NCBI GenBank assembly: GCA_963667785.2
Contig: CAXXMU010000005.1
Location: forward strand, 32,001 to 96,000
Reading direction: 5' to 3'
From: Alphaproteobacteria bacterium
Lineage (GTDB): Bacteria; Pseudomonadota; Alphaproteobacteria; UBA828
DNA: 64,000 bases
Shown: positions 20,380-29,080 of the stretch, piece after piece
How positions within the stretch are numbered: position 1 is the stretch's first letter
Layout: every line of letters begins with the position of its first letter
Translations under genes and position numbers: made by a program
The notes under the pieces: model-generated
The model's database searches: none
Told to the model about the DNA's origin: nothing
What the model saw: the letters and a program-made list of their open reading frames with translations, nothing else

Positions 20380-21252
20380 ATGGACGACAGCCACAGCGAC
20401 CGGTCGTTCCAGTCGCTCATCTTCGGCCTGCAGTCGTACTGGGCCGAGCGGGGCTGCGTCATCCTGCAGCCCTACGACATGGAGGTCGGCGCCGGCACCT
20501 TTCATCCCGCGACGACGCTGCGCAGCCTGGGCCCTGAGCCCTGGGCTGCTGCCTACGTGCAGCCCTCGCGCCGGCCTGCCGACGGGCGCTACGGCGAGAA
20601 CCCGAACCGGCTCCAGCACTACTACCAGTTCCAGGTGATCCTGAAGCCGGCGCCGGCGGACGTGCAGGACCAGTATCTCGGCAGCCTGGGGGCGCTCGGC
20701 ATCGACGTGCGTGCCCACGACATCCGCTTCGTCGAGGACGACTGGGAGAGCCCGACGCTGGGCGCCTGGGGGCTGGGCTGGGAGGTCTGGTGCGACGGCA
20801 TGGAGGTGACCCAGTTCACCTACTTCCAGCAGGTGGGCGGCATCGACTGCGACCCGGTGCCGGTGGAGCTCACCTACGGCATGGAGCGGCTCGCCATGTA
20901 CGTGCAGGGCGTGGACGACGTCTACGATCTCGACTGGGACGGCTGCGGCACCCGCTATGGCGACGTGTTCCTGCGCGCCGAGCGCGAGTTCTCGGCCTTC
21001 AACTTCGAGCACGCCGACGTCGACCGCCTGCGCCGCCACTTCGAGGATGCGGAGGCGGAATGCACGGCCCTGCTGGCGACGGACCCGCCGCTCGCGCTGC
21101 CGGCCTACGACCAGTGCATGAAGGCGAGCCACCTCTTCAACCTGCTGGATGCGCGCGGCGCGATCAGCGTGGTGGAGCGGGCGGCCTATATCGGCCGCGT
21201 CCGCGCGCTCGCCAAGGCGTGCTGCGAGGCCTGGCTGGCGGGGGCGGAATAG
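20380..21252 (+). CDS. glyQ: glycine-tRNA ligase alpha subunit
   Basis: [40 protein letters not shown]. Confidence 0.98.
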   Translation: MDDSHSDRSFQSLIFGLQSYWAERGCVILQPYDMEVGAGTFHPATTLRSLGPEPWAAAYVQPSRRPADGRYGENPNRLQHYYQFQVILKPAPADVQDQYLGSLGALGIDVRAHDIRFVEDDWESPTLGAWGLGWEVWCDGMEVTQFTYFQQVGGIDCDPVPVELTYGMERLAMYVQGVDDVYDLDWDGCGTRYGDVFLRAEREFSAFNFEHADVDRLRRHFEDAEAECTALLATDPPLALPAYDQCMKASHLFNLLDARGAISVVERAAYIGRVRALAKACCEAWLAGAE

Positions 21253-21255
21253 GCC

Positions 21256-23343
21256 ATGCCCGACCTATTGCTGGAGGTGCTGTCGGAGGAAATCCCGGCG
21301 CGCATGCAGGCGGGCGGGGCCGCGGAGCTTGAGCGGCAGGTTCGGTCGCGGCTCGACGAGGCCCGGCTCACGTTCGACGCCGACGACGTGACATCCTACG
21401 CGACGCCCCGGCGTCTGGCCCTGCTGGTGCGCGGCCTGCCGGGTGTGCAGCCTGACATCACGGTGGAGCGGAAGGGGCCGCGCGTCGAGGCGCCCGAGAA
21501 GGCAATCAAGGGGTTCCTGAAGTCCACCGGGCTCTCGCTCGCCGACTGCGAGCAGCGGGAGACGCCGAAGGGCCCGGTCTGGTTCGCGGTCAGCCAGGAG
21601 GAGGGGCGGCCCACCGGTGAACTCCTCGCCGACCTGCTGCCCGAGGCGCTGGCCGCCGTCTCCTGGCCCAAGTCCATGCGCTGGGAGGAGAGCGGCACGC
21701 GCTGGGTGCGGCCTGTCCGCTCGATCCTCTGCCTGCTGGACAATCAGGTCGTGCCCTTCCGCTTCGGTGGGGTCGAAAGCGGCCGCACCACGCTCGGCCA
21801 CCGCTTCCTCTCCTCGGGGACGCTGACGATTGCGAATGCCGGCATTTACGCGGCCACGCTGGAGCGGGCCAGGGTCGTGCTGGACCCGCAGGAGCGCGCG
21901 CAAGCAGTCGGGAACGGCATGTCGGCCCTAGCCGAGGGCGGGGGTCCAACGCCGGAGCCAGACCACGGGTTGGTGGACGAGAACGCAGGCCTCGTTGAAT
22001 GGCCGGTGGTGCTGATGGGCAGCATCGACGAGCGCTTCATGGACCTGCCACCCGAGGTGCTGCGCTCGGCCATGAGCAAACACCAGCGCTATTTCAGCGT
22101 GCGTGGCAGCGATGGGAAGCCAGCGCCTCACTTCGTCATGGTGGCCGATGGCGCGACCGATGACAGCAACAACGCAGTCGTCGCCGGAAACGAGCGGGTG
22201 CTGCGTGCCCGCCTCTCGGACGCCCGCTTCTTCTGGGATCAAGACAGGCGGCAGAAGCTGGAAGACTACCTGCCGGCGCTTGAGGGCGTCGTCTTCCACG
22301 CCCGCCTCGGCTCCATGCGCAAGAAGGCCGACCGAATCGCAAGGCTGGCGCACATCCTCTGCCCAGCGGTTTCAGGCGCCAACCCGGACGACGCGGCACG
22401 GGCGGGTCTTCTTTGCAAAGCTGACCTCGTGACCCAGATGGTCAGCGAGTTCCCCGATCTTCAAGGGACCATGGGCCGCTATTACGCACGCCTCGACGGC
22501 GAGCCGCATTCGGTTTTTGAGGCTATCGCCGATCATCACGCGCCGAAGGGGCTAGGCGATTCCCGCCCGACCGCGCCGGTGAGTGTCGCGGTGGCGCTCG
22601 CCGACAAGCTCGATACGCTCGCCGGGTTCTTCGCCATTGAGGAGCGGCCGACCGGCTCCAAGGACCCCTTCGCGCTCCGCCGCGCAGCGTTTGGCGCGAT
22701 TCGGCTCATCATCGAGAACGTTTACAGCCTGCCCCTCAAGCGAGCGTTTTCCAACGCTCTTGCTGGCTACGACGACATTCTGCCCGAAGAGCCGGGACCA
22801 GAGGCCACACGCGACGCGCTGCTCGCCTTCTTCGCCGACCGATTCAAAGTGCACCTGCGAGAGCAAGGCGTGCGCCATGATCTGGTGAGTGCCGTTTTCG
22901 GTGTCCGGGGCGAAGACGACCTAGTGCGTTTGCGAGCACGCGTCATCGCGCTTGAGCGCTTCCTCAGCGGCGAGGACGGTGCCAACCTACTCACCGCCTA
23001 CCGCCGCGCCGCCAACATCCTCCGCATCGAGGAAAAGAACGACGGCATGCGTTACGACGGCGAGCCCGATCCCGATCTGTTCAAGGACGAGAAGCCGGAG
23101 GAGCAAGCTCTCTACAGCAGCATTGCCGTAGCCAACGCGATGATCGAACCGGCGTTGGAGCGAGAACTGTTCGAGGAGGCGATGGAGGCCATGGCGTCAC
23201 TCCGCGAGCCCGTCGACGCCTTCTTTGACCACGTCACGGTCAATAGTGACGAGCCCGAACTCCGCCACAATCGCTTGCTGATGCTCTCGCAGATTCGCGC
23301 CACGCTGGACCGCGTCGCCGACTTCTCCAAGATCGAGGGCTGA
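21256..23343 (+). CDS. glyS: glycine-tRNA ligase beta subunit
   Basis: LLLEVLSEEIPAR, WPKSMRW, GNERVLRARLSDA, PTGSKDPFALRR. Confidence 0.97.
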   Translation: MPDLLLEVLSEEIPARMQAGGAAELERQVRSRLDEARLTFDADDVTSYATPRRLALLVRGLPGVQPDITVERKGPRVEAPEKAIKGFLKSTGLSLADCEQRETPKGPVWFAVSQEEGRPTGELLADLLPEALAAVSWPKSMRWEESGTRWVRPVRSILCLLDNQVVPFRFGGVESGRTTLGHRFLSSGTLTIANAGIYAATLERARVVLDPQERAQAVGNGMSALAEGGGPTPEPDHGLVDENAGLVEWPVVLMGSIDERFMDLPPEVLRSAMSKHQRYFSVRGSDGKPAPHFVMVADGATDDSNNAVVAGNERVLRARLSDARFFWDQDRRQKLEDYLPALEGVVFHARLGSMRKKADRIARLAHILCPAVSGANPDDAARAGLLCKADLVTQMVSEFPDLQGTMGRYYARLDGEPHSVFEAIADHHAPKGLGDSRPTAPVSVAVALADKLDTLAGFFAIEERPTGSKDPFALRRAAFGAIRLIIENVYSLPLKRAFSNALAGYDDILPEEPGPEATRDALLAFFADRFKVHLREQGVRHDLVSAVFGVRGEDDLVRLRARVIALERFLSGEDGANLLTAYRRAANILRIEEKNDGMRYDGEPDPDLFKDEKPEEQALYSSIAVANAMIEPALERELFEEAMEAMASLREPVDAFFDHVTVNSDEPELRHNRLLMLSQIRATLDRVADFSKIEG

Positions 23344-23346
23344 ACC

Positions 23347-26040
23347 GTGGCCGCGTGGGTCTACCGCTTCGGCGGCGGCGAGGCGGACGGCGATGCCGGC
23401 ATGCGTGCGCTCTTGGGCGGCAAGGGTGCGAACCTCGCCGAGATGGCCGCCAACGGTCTCCCCGTCCCGCCCGGCTTCACCATCACGACGGCGCTCTGCA
23501 ACGCCTACTATGAGGCGGGGCGCACGCTGCCTGCGGGCCTCGATACGGAGATCGCGGCCGGCCTCGCCCATGTCGAGCGGATCGCGGGCGCGGGCTTCGG
23601 CGATCCGGAGCATGTATTGCTGGTCTCGGTGCGCTCGGGCGCGCGCGCGTCCATGCCCGGCATGATGGATACCGTGCTCAATCTCGGGCTCAACGACGAG
23701 ACCGCGGACGGTCTCGCGCGCGCGAGCGGCGATGCCCGCTTCGCCTACGACAGCTACCGCCGCCTGATCCAGATGTACGGCGACGTCGTGCTCGGCGTGC
23801 CCCACCGCGCCTTCGAGGAGCTGCTGGAGCGGGAGAAGGAGGCGCGGGGCTATCGCCTCGACACCGAGATGGAGGCCGGCGACTGGGCCCGCCTGATCGA
23901 CGCCTACAAGGCGCTGGTGCGGGAGGAGACGGGCGGCGACTTCCCGCAGGACGCGCGGGCGCAGCTCCGGGGCGCCATCCGCGCGGTCCTCGATTCATGG
24001 ATGAACGCGCGCGCCGTCACCTACCGCAGGCTGCACGGCATCCCGGCGGACTGGGGCACCGCGGTCACGGTCCAGACCATGGTCTTCGGCAACATGGGGG
24101 ACGACTGCGCCACCGGCGTCGCCTTCACGCGCGACCCGTCCACCGGCGAGGCGGCGCTCTACGGCGAATACCTGGTCAACGCGCAAGGCGAGGACGTGGT
24201 GGCCGGCATCCGCACGCCGCGCGCCGTGACCGAGGCGGGTCGCGAGGCGAGCGGCAGCGAGCCGCCCTCGCTTGAGCAGGGCATGCCGGGCGCCTTCGCC
24301 GAATTGCAGGCGGTCATGGCGCGGCTTGAGCGCCACTACCGGGACATGCAGGATGTCGAGTTCACGGTGCAGCAGGGCACGCTCTGGATCCTCCAGACGC
24401 GCGCCGGCAAGCGCACCGCCGCCGCCGCGCTGAAGATCGCCGTCGACATGGCGCGGGACGGGCTGGTGAGCGAGGCGGAGGCGCTCGCGCGGGTCGATCC
24501 GCTGGCCCTCGAGCAGCTGCTGCACCCGACCCTCGACCCGGCGGCGCCGCGCCGGGTGCTGGCGCGGGGGCTGCCGGCCTCACCGGGAGCCGCCTCCGGC
24601 GCAGTCGTCTTCGACGCCGACGAGGCGGAGGACCGCGCCGCCCGCGGCGAGGCCGTGATCCTGCTCCGCACCGAAACCAGCCCCGAGGACATCCACGGGA
24701 TGCACGCGGCACGCGGCATCGTCACCAGCCGCGGCGGCATGACGAGCCACGCCGCCGTCGTCGCCCGCGGCATGGGGCGCCCCTGCATCACCGGCGCGGG
24801 CGAGCTTCGCATCGACGAGGCGGCGCGCACGTGCCATGCCGGCGACGCGGTGATCGCGGCGGGCGACGTGGTCACCATCGACGGCGCCAGCGGCGAGCTG
24901 CTCGATGGCGCGGTGCCCACCATCGAGCCCGCGCTCTCCGACGACTTCACCACTCTCATGGGATGGGCGGACGCCGCGCGCCGCCTGCGAGTCCGCGCCA
25001 ACGCCGAGACGCCGGCCGATGCGGAGACCGCGCTCCGCTTCGGCGCGGAGGGGATCGGGCTCTGCCGCACCGAGCACATGTTCTTCGACGACGAGCGCAT
25101 CGTGCCCGTGCGCGAGATGATCGTGGCAGCCGACGCGGACGGCCGGCGCGCCGCGTTAGCGAAGCTGCTGCCGACCCAGCGCGCCGACTTCGCCGCGCTC
25201 TTCCGCATCATGGCCGGCCTGCCGGTGACCGTCCGCCTGCTCGACCCGCCGCTGCACGAGTTCCTGCCGCGCTCCGAGGCCGAGATCGCGGGCGTCGCCG
25301 CCGCCGCCGGGGTCACCGTGGAGGCGCTGCGCGGCCGCATCGCCCAGCTCCACGAGACCAACCCGATGCTGGGGCATCGCGGCTGCCGCCTCGGCATCTC
25401 CTACCCCGAGATCTACGAGATGCAGGCGCGCGCCGTCTTCGAGGCGGCGGCGGACGCAGGCGGCACGCAGCCGGTCGAGCTCGAGATCATGATTCCGCTG
25501 GTGGTGGGCAAGCGCGAGCTCGACATCCTCAAAGCGGCGATCGAGCGCGTCCACGACGCGGTGGAGGCGGAGACCGGCGCCGGCGTCGCCTACACGATCG
25601 GCACCATGATCGAGCTGCCGCGCGCAGCCCTCAGGGCCGGCGAGATCGCCGAGAGCGCGTCCTTCTTCAGCTTCGGCACCAACGACCTGACCCAGACCGC
25701 CTTCGGCATCTCGCGCGACGATGCGGCGAGCTTCATCGGCGACTACGAGCGGGCCGGAATCCTGCCGCGCGACCCCTTCGCCAGCCTCGACCGCGACGGC
25801 GTCGGCGAGCTTGTCCGCATCGCCGCCGAGCGCGGCCGCGAGAGGCGGCCCGACCTCAAGCTCGGCATCTGCGGCGAGCACGGCGGCGATCCGGCGTCGA
25901 TCGCCTTCTTCGAGGAGGTCGGCCTCGACTACGTGTCGTGCTCTCCCTACCGCGTGCCGGTGGCGCGCCTCGCGGCCGCCCAGGCCGCCATCCGGCGGGC
26001 GAGCGGCAACGGCGGGCTCAGGGAAGAGCGGGAGGAATAA
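23347..26040 (+). CDS. ppdK: pyruvate, phosphate dikinase
   Basis: LGGKGANLAEM, GGMTSHAAVVAR, GLCRTEHMF, FSFGTNDLTQ, GICGEHGG. Confidence 0.98.
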   Translation: MAAWVYRFGGGEADGDAGMRALLGGKGANLAEMAANGLPVPPGFTITTALCNAYYEAGRTLPAGLDTEIAAGLAHVERIAGAGFGDPEHVLLVSVRSGARASMPGMMDTVLNLGLNDETADGLARASGDARFAYDSYRRLIQMYGDVVLGVPHRAFEELLEREKEARGYRLDTEMEAGDWARLIDAYKALVREETGGDFPQDARAQLRGAIRAVLDSWMNARAVTYRRLHGIPADWGTAVTVQTMVFGNMGDDCATGVAFTRDPSTGEAALYGEYLVNAQGEDVVAGIRTPRAVTEAGREASGSEPPSLEQGMPGAFAELQAVMARLERHYRDMQDVEFTVQQGTLWILQTRAGKRTAAAALKIAVDMARDGLVSEAEALARVDPLALEQLLHPTLDPAAPRRVLARGLPASPGAASGAVVFDADEAEDRAARGEAVILLRTETSPEDIHGMHAARGIVTSRGGMTSHAAVVARGMGRPCITGAGELRIDEAARTCHAGDAVIAAGDVVTIDGASGELLDGAVPTIEPALSDDFTTLMGWADAARRLRVRANAETPADAETALRFGAEGIGLCRTEHMFFDDERIVPVREMIVAADADGRRAALAKLLPTQRADFAALFRIMAGLPVTVRLLDPPLHEFLPRSEAEIAGVAAAAGVTVEALRGRIAQLHETNPMLGHRGCRLGISYPEIYEMQARAVFEAAADAGGTQPVELEIMIPLVVGKRELDILKAAIERVHDAVEAETGAGVAYTIGTMIELPRAALRAGEIAESASFFSFGTNDLTQTAFGISRDDAASFIGDYERAGILPRDPFASLDRDGVGELVRIAAERGRERRPDLKLGICGEHGGDPASIAFFEEVGLDYVSCSPYRVPVARLAAAQAAIRRASGNGGLREEREE

Positions 26041-26914
26041 CCCGCGCCTCGCCGGCGGTGAGCGGCACGCCCGCCTCGGCGGCGGCGGCGATCCTCTCCA
26101 GCCGCAGCACGGCGAGCGCGACATCGCCCTGGCCCGAGCGGATCTCGCCCACCTCCCGCTCACCCGCCATGATCGGCGTGCCGGCCGGCGGCAGCGGGCC
26201 TTCGAGCGCCACCGGCGCAAGCTGCCGGCGCACCAGGCCGCGATGCTTGGTGCGGGCCGTCAGCTCCTGGCCGACGTAGCAGCCCTTGGCGAAGTCGACA
26301 CCGTTGAGCGCCTCGAAGCCGCACTCCATCAGCGTCGCCCGGCCGATTTCCATGTCGCGGCTGCCGTCGGGCGCGCCACGGGCGATGCGGTGGCGCTCGT
26401 AGTCGGCGACGCTGCCCCGGGCGAAGCCCGCCTGCTGCAGGAACGCGAGATCCCGCGCCCGGGGCAGGACCGCGCGGAGCCCGAGCGCCGTGCCGCGCGG
26501 GTCGCGCATGAGCGTGCCGCCTTCGCAAGGCACGGCGGCGCCCGCGCCGGGCGGCAAGGCGAACGCGCCTGCGCCGTCGCCGTCCTCGCCGCCGAAGAGC
26601 GCGACGACGCGAAAATCCTCGGTCGCGTCGGCGAGCGAGACATCGGCGCGCAAGCGATAGGCCACGAGCCGCTGCCCGAGATCGGCGGTGCGCGCACCCT
26701 CGCAGTCGAGCAGGTAGCCCTCGCCCTCGCGCAACACGAAGAAATCGTGCAGGTACTTGCCCTGCGGCGTGAGCAGCGCCGCATAGACGGCGCGCCCGCC
26801 GGACACGCGCTCGATATCGTTCGAAACGAGCCCCTGGAGGAAGGGGCTGGCCTCGGGGCCCGCCACGGAGACGATGCCGCGCTCTTTCAGGACCACGTAG
26901 AGAGGAGTGCTCAT
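26018..26914 (-). CDS. ygfZ: folate-binding Fe-S/tRNA-modification protein YgfZ
   Basis: KGCYVGQE signature, FLQGLVSND, LLTPQGK. Confidence 0.93.
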   Translation of the reverse strand: MSTPLYVVLKERGIVSVAGPEASPFLQGLVSNDIERVSGGRAVYAALLTPQGKYLHDFFVLREGEGYLLDCEGARTADLGQRLVAYRLRADVSLADATEDFRVVALFGGEDGDGAGAFALPPGAGAAVPCEGGTLMRDPRGTALGLRAVLPRARDLAFLQQAGFARGSVADYERHRIARGAPDGSRDMEIGRATLMECGFEALNGVDFAKGCYVGQELTARTKHRGLVRRQLAPVALEGPLPPAGTPIMAGEREVGEIRSGQGDVALAVLRLERIAAAAEAGVPLTAGEARVIPPALP

Positions 26915-27039
26915 CGCCTGGACCGGGGGCCTCCGGAGGTTCGTTGCGGCGGGGTGGCTACTATAGACCCGCCGGGCGGCGGGCCAAACGCCGGGCGCTT
27001 GAGGGTATGAAACGACCTGGCGGTGTGCGAGGTTGAGCC

Positions 27040-27990
27040 ATGACCGGGCTCACCCGCATCGGCGGCAACGTGCTCTCGGGCATGGCGCTCGACCGGGCCG
27101 CCCACCGGCGGACCGACGCGGCGTGGCTCGCGGCCCGTCACGAGGACCCGGCGACCCGCTACGTCGCGATCTGGCGGCAGAACACGGTCATCCGGCTCGG
27201 GCCCGAGCCGCGCGCCGTGATCCACTACCGCGAGACCCTGGACGGGCTGCTCGACGCGCGCGCCGAGACCTCCCTGCTGGGCGTCGAGACTGAAGACGGC
27301 GCCGCCGGGGCGGCGTACTTCGTCGTCGATGTTTCCCACGTGGAGGCCGAGACCCTGCTCGCGCGCTCGCCCGGCGGCGAGCTGATGGACCTCAGGGAAC
27401 TGGTGCAGATCGTGCCGGGAACGGATGCGGCGCTCGTCGCCTATGCGCGGGGGCTGACCTACTGGCACCGCCGGCACCGCTTCTGCGGCGCCTGCGGCGC
27501 GCCTGCGGCAGCACTCGAGGCCGGGCATCAGCGGCGCTGCACGGACGAGGCCTGCGGGGCAGTCCACTTCCCCCGGACCGACACGGCGGTGATCACGCTG
27601 GTCCACGACGGCGACGAGTGCCTGCTCTGCCGCCAGTCGCGCTGGCCGCCGGGGATGCACTCGACCCTCGCGGGCTTCCTGGAGCCGGGCGAAAGCCTGG
27701 AGGAGTGCGTGGCCCGCGAGATCGAGGAGGAGAGCGGCGTCGTCGTGGGCGATGTCCGCTATCATTCCTCGCAGCCCTGGCCCTTCCCCGGCACGCTCAT
27801 GGTGGGCTTCATGGCGCAGGCGCTCTCCCGCGAGATCGCGGTCGACGAGATCGAGCTGGAATACGCCCATTGGTACGAGCGGCGCGACCTGCTCGGCCGC
27901 CGCGACAGCGACGAGTTCCGCCTGCCGGGCCGCTATTCCATCTCGCGGCGCCTGATCGAGGACTGGCTCGCCGGCCGCATCCCTCCTTGA
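27040..27990 (+). CDS. nudC: NAD(+) diphosphatase NudC
   Basis: FCGACG zinc ribbon, Nudix box AGFLEPGESLEECVAREIEEESG, SQPWPFP. Confidence 0.95.
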   Translation: MTGLTRIGGNVLSGMALDRAAHRRTDAAWLAARHEDPATRYVAIWRQNTVIRLGPEPRAVIHYRETLDGLLDARAETSLLGVETEDGAAGAAYFVVDVSHVEAETLLARSPGGELMDLRELVQIVPGTDAALVAYARGLTYWHRRHRFCGACGAPAAALEAGHQRRCTDEACGAVHFPRTDTAVITLVHDGDECLLCRQSRWPPGMHSTLAGFLEPGESLEECVAREIEEESGVVVGDVRYHSSQPWPFPGTLMVGFMAQALSREIAVDEIELEYAHWYERRDLLGRRDSDEFRLPGRYSISRRLIEDWLAGRIPP

Positions 27991-28012
27991 GCCCGTTGCG
28001 TCGCAGGGCGCG

Positions 28013-28041
28013 TTGACAGCGGCGGGAGGCACGCTTATACA
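28013..28041 (+). promoter_or_regulatory. sigma70-type promoter of the rpmH operon
   Basis: TTGACA-N17-TATACA about 50 bp upstream of rpmH. Confidence 0.6.
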
Positions 28042-28091
28042 GCGGCGGCTCCGGCGCCCATGCGGGACGGAGCGCGAAGCGGAGGCGGGGC

Positions 28092-28226
28092 GTGAAGCGG
28101 ACCTACCAGCCGAGCAACATCGTGCGCAAGCGGCGTCACGGCTTCAGGCAGCGCATGAAGTCGGTCGCCGGCCGGCGCGTGCTCGCGCGCAGGCGCGCCA
28201 AGGGGCGGAAGCGGCTCGCCCTCTAA
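28092..28226 (+). CDS. rpmH: 50S ribosomal protein L34
   Basis: [22 protein letters not shown]...GRKRLAL (44 aa, GTG start, GGAGG RBS). Confidence 0.97.
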   Translation: MKRTYQPSNIVRKRRHGFRQRMKSVAGRRVLARRRAKGRKRLAL

Positions 28227-28280
28227 CGCCGGCGCGGCCGCGCAGGCGCGCCACCTATCGTTTCCCCCGACTGTCGGCTG

Positions 28281-28328
28281 ATCGCGCCAGAGGCGCGTGG
28301 ACATCACATCGCGCCAGAGGCGCGTGGA
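28281..28328 (+). repeat. perfect 21-bp tandem direct repeat
   Basis: ATCGCGCCAGAGGCGCGTGGA at 28281 and 28308. Confidence 0.9.
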
Positions 28329-28368
28329 GGAAGGCGCGCCGAAGGTGCGCGGAGTTCGGGTGACGGCG

Positions 28369-28797
28369 ATGCGCATTGCCACGCTCAAGAAGCGACAGGA
28401 CTTCCTGCGGGTGCGGGCGGCGGGGCGCAAGTGGGCGGCGCCGGGGATGGTCCTGCAGGCGGCGCCGGCGCCCGAGGCCGAGGCCAAGAGCGACCAGGTG
28501 CGGGTCGGCTACACGGCGAGCCGGCGCATCGGCAACGCGGTCGCCCGCAACCGCGCCAAGCGCCGATTGCGCGCGGCGGTGGCCCATGTTATGCCGGCCT
28601 CGGCGCAGTGTGGCAGCGACTATGTCGTCATCGCGCGCGCCGCCACGCTGACCCGCCCGTTCGACGCGCTGATCGGCGACCTGTCCGCGGCGCTCGCGCG
28701 CGTCGGCGCGCGGGCGGACAATCGAGCGGCGGAGGGGAGGCGGCAGGCCGCCGCAGACCGTCCGCACGCAGCGGGCCCGAAAGCGGGAGACGCATGA
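28369..28797 (+). CDS. rnpA: ribonuclease P protein component
   Basis: [31 protein letters not shown]. Confidence 0.95.
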   Translation: MRIATLKKRQDFLRVRAAGRKWAAPGMVLQAAPAPEAEAKSDQVRVGYTASRRIGNAVARNRAKRRLRAAVAHVMPASAQCGSDYVVIARAATLTRPFDALIGDLSAALARVGARADNRAAEGRRQAAADRPHAAGPKAGDA

Positions 28798-29060
28798 AGC
28801 CGATAGCGGTACTGTTCGTGGGCCTGATCCGCGGATATCAGTATTTCCTCTCGCCCCTTCTGCCGCCGAGCTGCCGGTTCGAGCCGACCTGCTCACACTA
28901 CGCGGTCGACGCGCTCAGGCAGCACGGCGCGCTCGTGGGGCTGGCGCTCGCGACCTGGCGCATTCTCCGCTGCAACCCGTACTGCGCCGGCGGGGTCGAC
29001 CTCGTGCCCGAGCGACCGCTCCGCCTCTTCGGCGCCATGAGGGTCCGCGCCCCGCGCTGA
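28794..29060 (+). CDS. yidD: membrane protein insertion efficiency factor YidD
   Basis: [23 protein letters not shown]...RILRCNP. Confidence 0.95.
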   Translation: MKPIAVLFVGLIRGYQYFLSPLLPPSCRFEPTCSHYAVDALRQHGALVGLALATWRILRCNPYCAGGVDLVPERPLRLFGAMRVRAPR

Positions 29061-29080
29061 CAGGGGCGAGCGAGCGTCAC

